Source of the DNA: Nemertoderma westbladi | Taxonomy: Eukaryota; Animalia; Xenacoelomorpha | NCBI GenBank assembly: GCA_032718475.1 | Contig: JAUCBJ010009062.1 | Span: forward strand, 1-64,000 | DNA: 64,000 nucleotides | Direction of reading: 5' to 3' | Shown here: positions 62,201 through 64,000 of the stretch, in pieces | Position numbering within the stretch: position 1 is the first letter of the stretch | Layout of the letters: every line of letters begins with the position of its first letter | The notes under the pieces: model-generated | Told to the model about the DNA's origin: nothing | Seen by the model: only the letters and a program-made list of their open reading frames with translations | Database searches by the model: none | Position numbers and translations under genes: made by a program

Positions 62201-64000
62201 TTAGTAATCGCATAAGGTGTGTTTGTAAGGATGCAGTTCAGTGATAGTAATCGCATAAGGTGTGTTTTTAAGGATGCAGTTAGTAATCGCATAAGGTGTG
62301 TTTGTAAGGATGCAGTTAGTAATCGCATAAGGTGTGTTTGTAAGGATGCAGTTAGTAATCGCATAAGGTGTGTTTGTAAGGATGCAGCTAGTAATCGCAT
62401 AAGGTGTGTTTGTAAGGATGCAGCTAGTAATCGCATAAGGTGTGTTTGTAAGGATGCAGTTAGTAATCGCATAAGGTGTGTTTGTAAGGATGCAGTTAGT
62501 AATCGCATAAGGTGTGTTTGTAAGGATGCAGTTCAGTGATAGTAATCGCATAAGGTGTGTTTTTAAGGATGCAGTTAGTAATCGCATAAGGTGTGTTTGT
62601 AAGGATGCAGCTAGTAATCGCATAAGGTGTGTTTGTAAGGATGCAGTTAGTAATCGCATACGGTGTGTTTGTAAGGATGCAGTTAGTAATCGCATACGGT
62701 GTGTTTGTAAGGATGCAGTTAGTAATCGCATAAGGTGTGTTTGTAAGGATGCAGTTCAGTGATAGTAATCGCATAAGGTGTGTTTTTAAGGATGCAGTTA
62801 GTAATCGCATAAGGTGTGTTTGTAAGGATGCAGTTAGTAATCGCATAAGGTGTGTTTGTAAGGATGCAGTTAGTAATCGCATACGGTGTGTTTGTAAGGA
62901 TGCAGTTAGTAATCGCATAAGGTGTGTTTGTAAGGATGCAGCTAGTAATCGCATAAGGTGTGTTTGTAAGGATGCAGTTAGTAATCGCATACGGTGTGTT
63001 TGTAAGGATGCAGTTAGTAATCGCATAAGGTGTGTTTGTAAGGATGCAGTTCAGTGATAGTAATCGCATAAGGTGTGTTTTTAAGGATGCAGTTAGTAAT
63101 CGCATAAGGTGTGTTTGTAAGGATGCAGTTAGTAATCGCATAAGGTGTGTTTGTAAGGATGCAGTTCAGTGATAGTAATCGCATAAGGTGTGTTTTTAAG
63201 GATGCAGTTAGTAATCGCATAAGGTGTGTTTGTAAGGATGCAGTTAGTAATCGCATAAGGTGTGTTTGTAAGGATGCAGTTAGTAATCGCATAAGGTGTG
63301 TTTGTAAGGATGCAGTTAGTAATCGCATAAGGTGTGTTTGTAAGGATGCAGTTAGTAATCGCATAAGGTGTGTTTGTAAGGATGCAGTTAGTAATCGCAT
63401 AAGGTGTGTTTGTAAGGATGCAGTTAGTAATCGCATAAGGTGTGTTTGCAAGGATGCAGTTAGTAATCGCATAAGGTGTGTTTGTAAGGATGCAGTTAGT
63501 AATCGCATAAGGTGTGTTTGTAAGGATGCAGTTCAGTGATAGTAATCGCATAAGGTGTGTTTGTAAGGATGCAGTTAGTAATCGCATAAGGTGTGTTTGT
63601 AAGGATGCAGTTAGTAATCGCATAAGGTGTGTTTGTAAGGATGCAGTTAGTAATCGCATAAGGTGTGTTTGTAAGGATGCAGTTAGTAATCGCATAAGGT
63701 GTGTTTGTAAGGATGCAGTTAGTAATCGCATAAGGTGTGTTTGTAAGGATGCAGTTAGTAATCGCATAAGGTGTGTTTGTAAGGATGCAGTTAGTAATCG
63801 CATAAGGTGTGTTTGTAAGGATGCAGTTCAGTGATAGTAATCGCATAAGGTGCGTTTGTAAGGATGCAGTTAGTAATCGCATAAGGTGTGTTTGTAAGGA
63901 TGCAGTTAGTAATCGCATAAGGTGTGTTTGTAAGGATGCAGTTAGTAATCGCATAAGGTGTGTTTGTAAGGATGCAGTTCAGTGATAGTAATCGCATAAG
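38226..64000. repeat. Satellite D: 36-bp unit AGTAATCGCATAAGGTGYGTTTGTAAGGATGCAGTT mixed with a 43-bp (+CAGTGAT) and rarer 45/46-bp variants, with higher-order repeats; runs off the window
   Basis: Continuous array of more than 25 kb. All ORF-track entries beyond 38.2 kb are translations of it. Confidence 0.98.

Noticed and set aside
38200-63997. Hundreds of ORFs (MRLLTASLQTHL, NCILTNTPYAIT, CVCKDAVSNRIR repeats)
   Set aside because: They are translations of satellite D. The 36-bp unit is open in three frames and the 43-bp unit shifts frame constantly, so there is no sign of coding constraint.
30055-64000. CRISPR-like appearance of 23-36-bp repeats
   Set aside because: The repeats are head-to-tail without unique spacers, there are no cas genes, and the context is eukaryotic.

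Overview
This is a repeat-dominated window from a eukaryote, most likely an invertebrate animal, with heterochromatin-like content. About 60% is tandem repeat, in five unrelated families: a 39-bp array (45-9409), a 22-bp array (10643-11522), a G-rich ~36-bp array (13226-15020), a near-perfect 23-bp array (30055-37888, with a 100-N gap) and a 36/43-bp array with higher-order structure (38226 to the window end). The 39-bp array is interrupted by a 5'-truncated RTE LINE (11-bp TSD) and a full-length Mag-like Ty3/Gypsy element (243-bp LTRs, 5-bp TSD); its ORF is open but the protease and RT catalytic motifs are altered. Region 15.1-26.2 kb is a nest of LINEs: an apparently intact CR1-group (Crack/Daphne-like) element sits inside an L2, which sits inside an older RT-bearing LINE, itself fused to a deleted RTE copy. 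Two intronless host genes lie between the nest and the 23-bp array: RPF2, broken by a frameshift at CCC-TAG-G, and ECHDC1. Between them is a tRNA-like Pol III cassette framed by inverted repeats. I found no clearly new protein system. The best leads are the RPF2 frameshift, the IR-flanked tRNA-like cassette, the layered higher-order satellite, a shared 3'-UTR RNA fold in two CR1-group LINEs and a recurrent GTACCGGTAC palindrome. All family calls come from motif recognition by eye, not from database searches.
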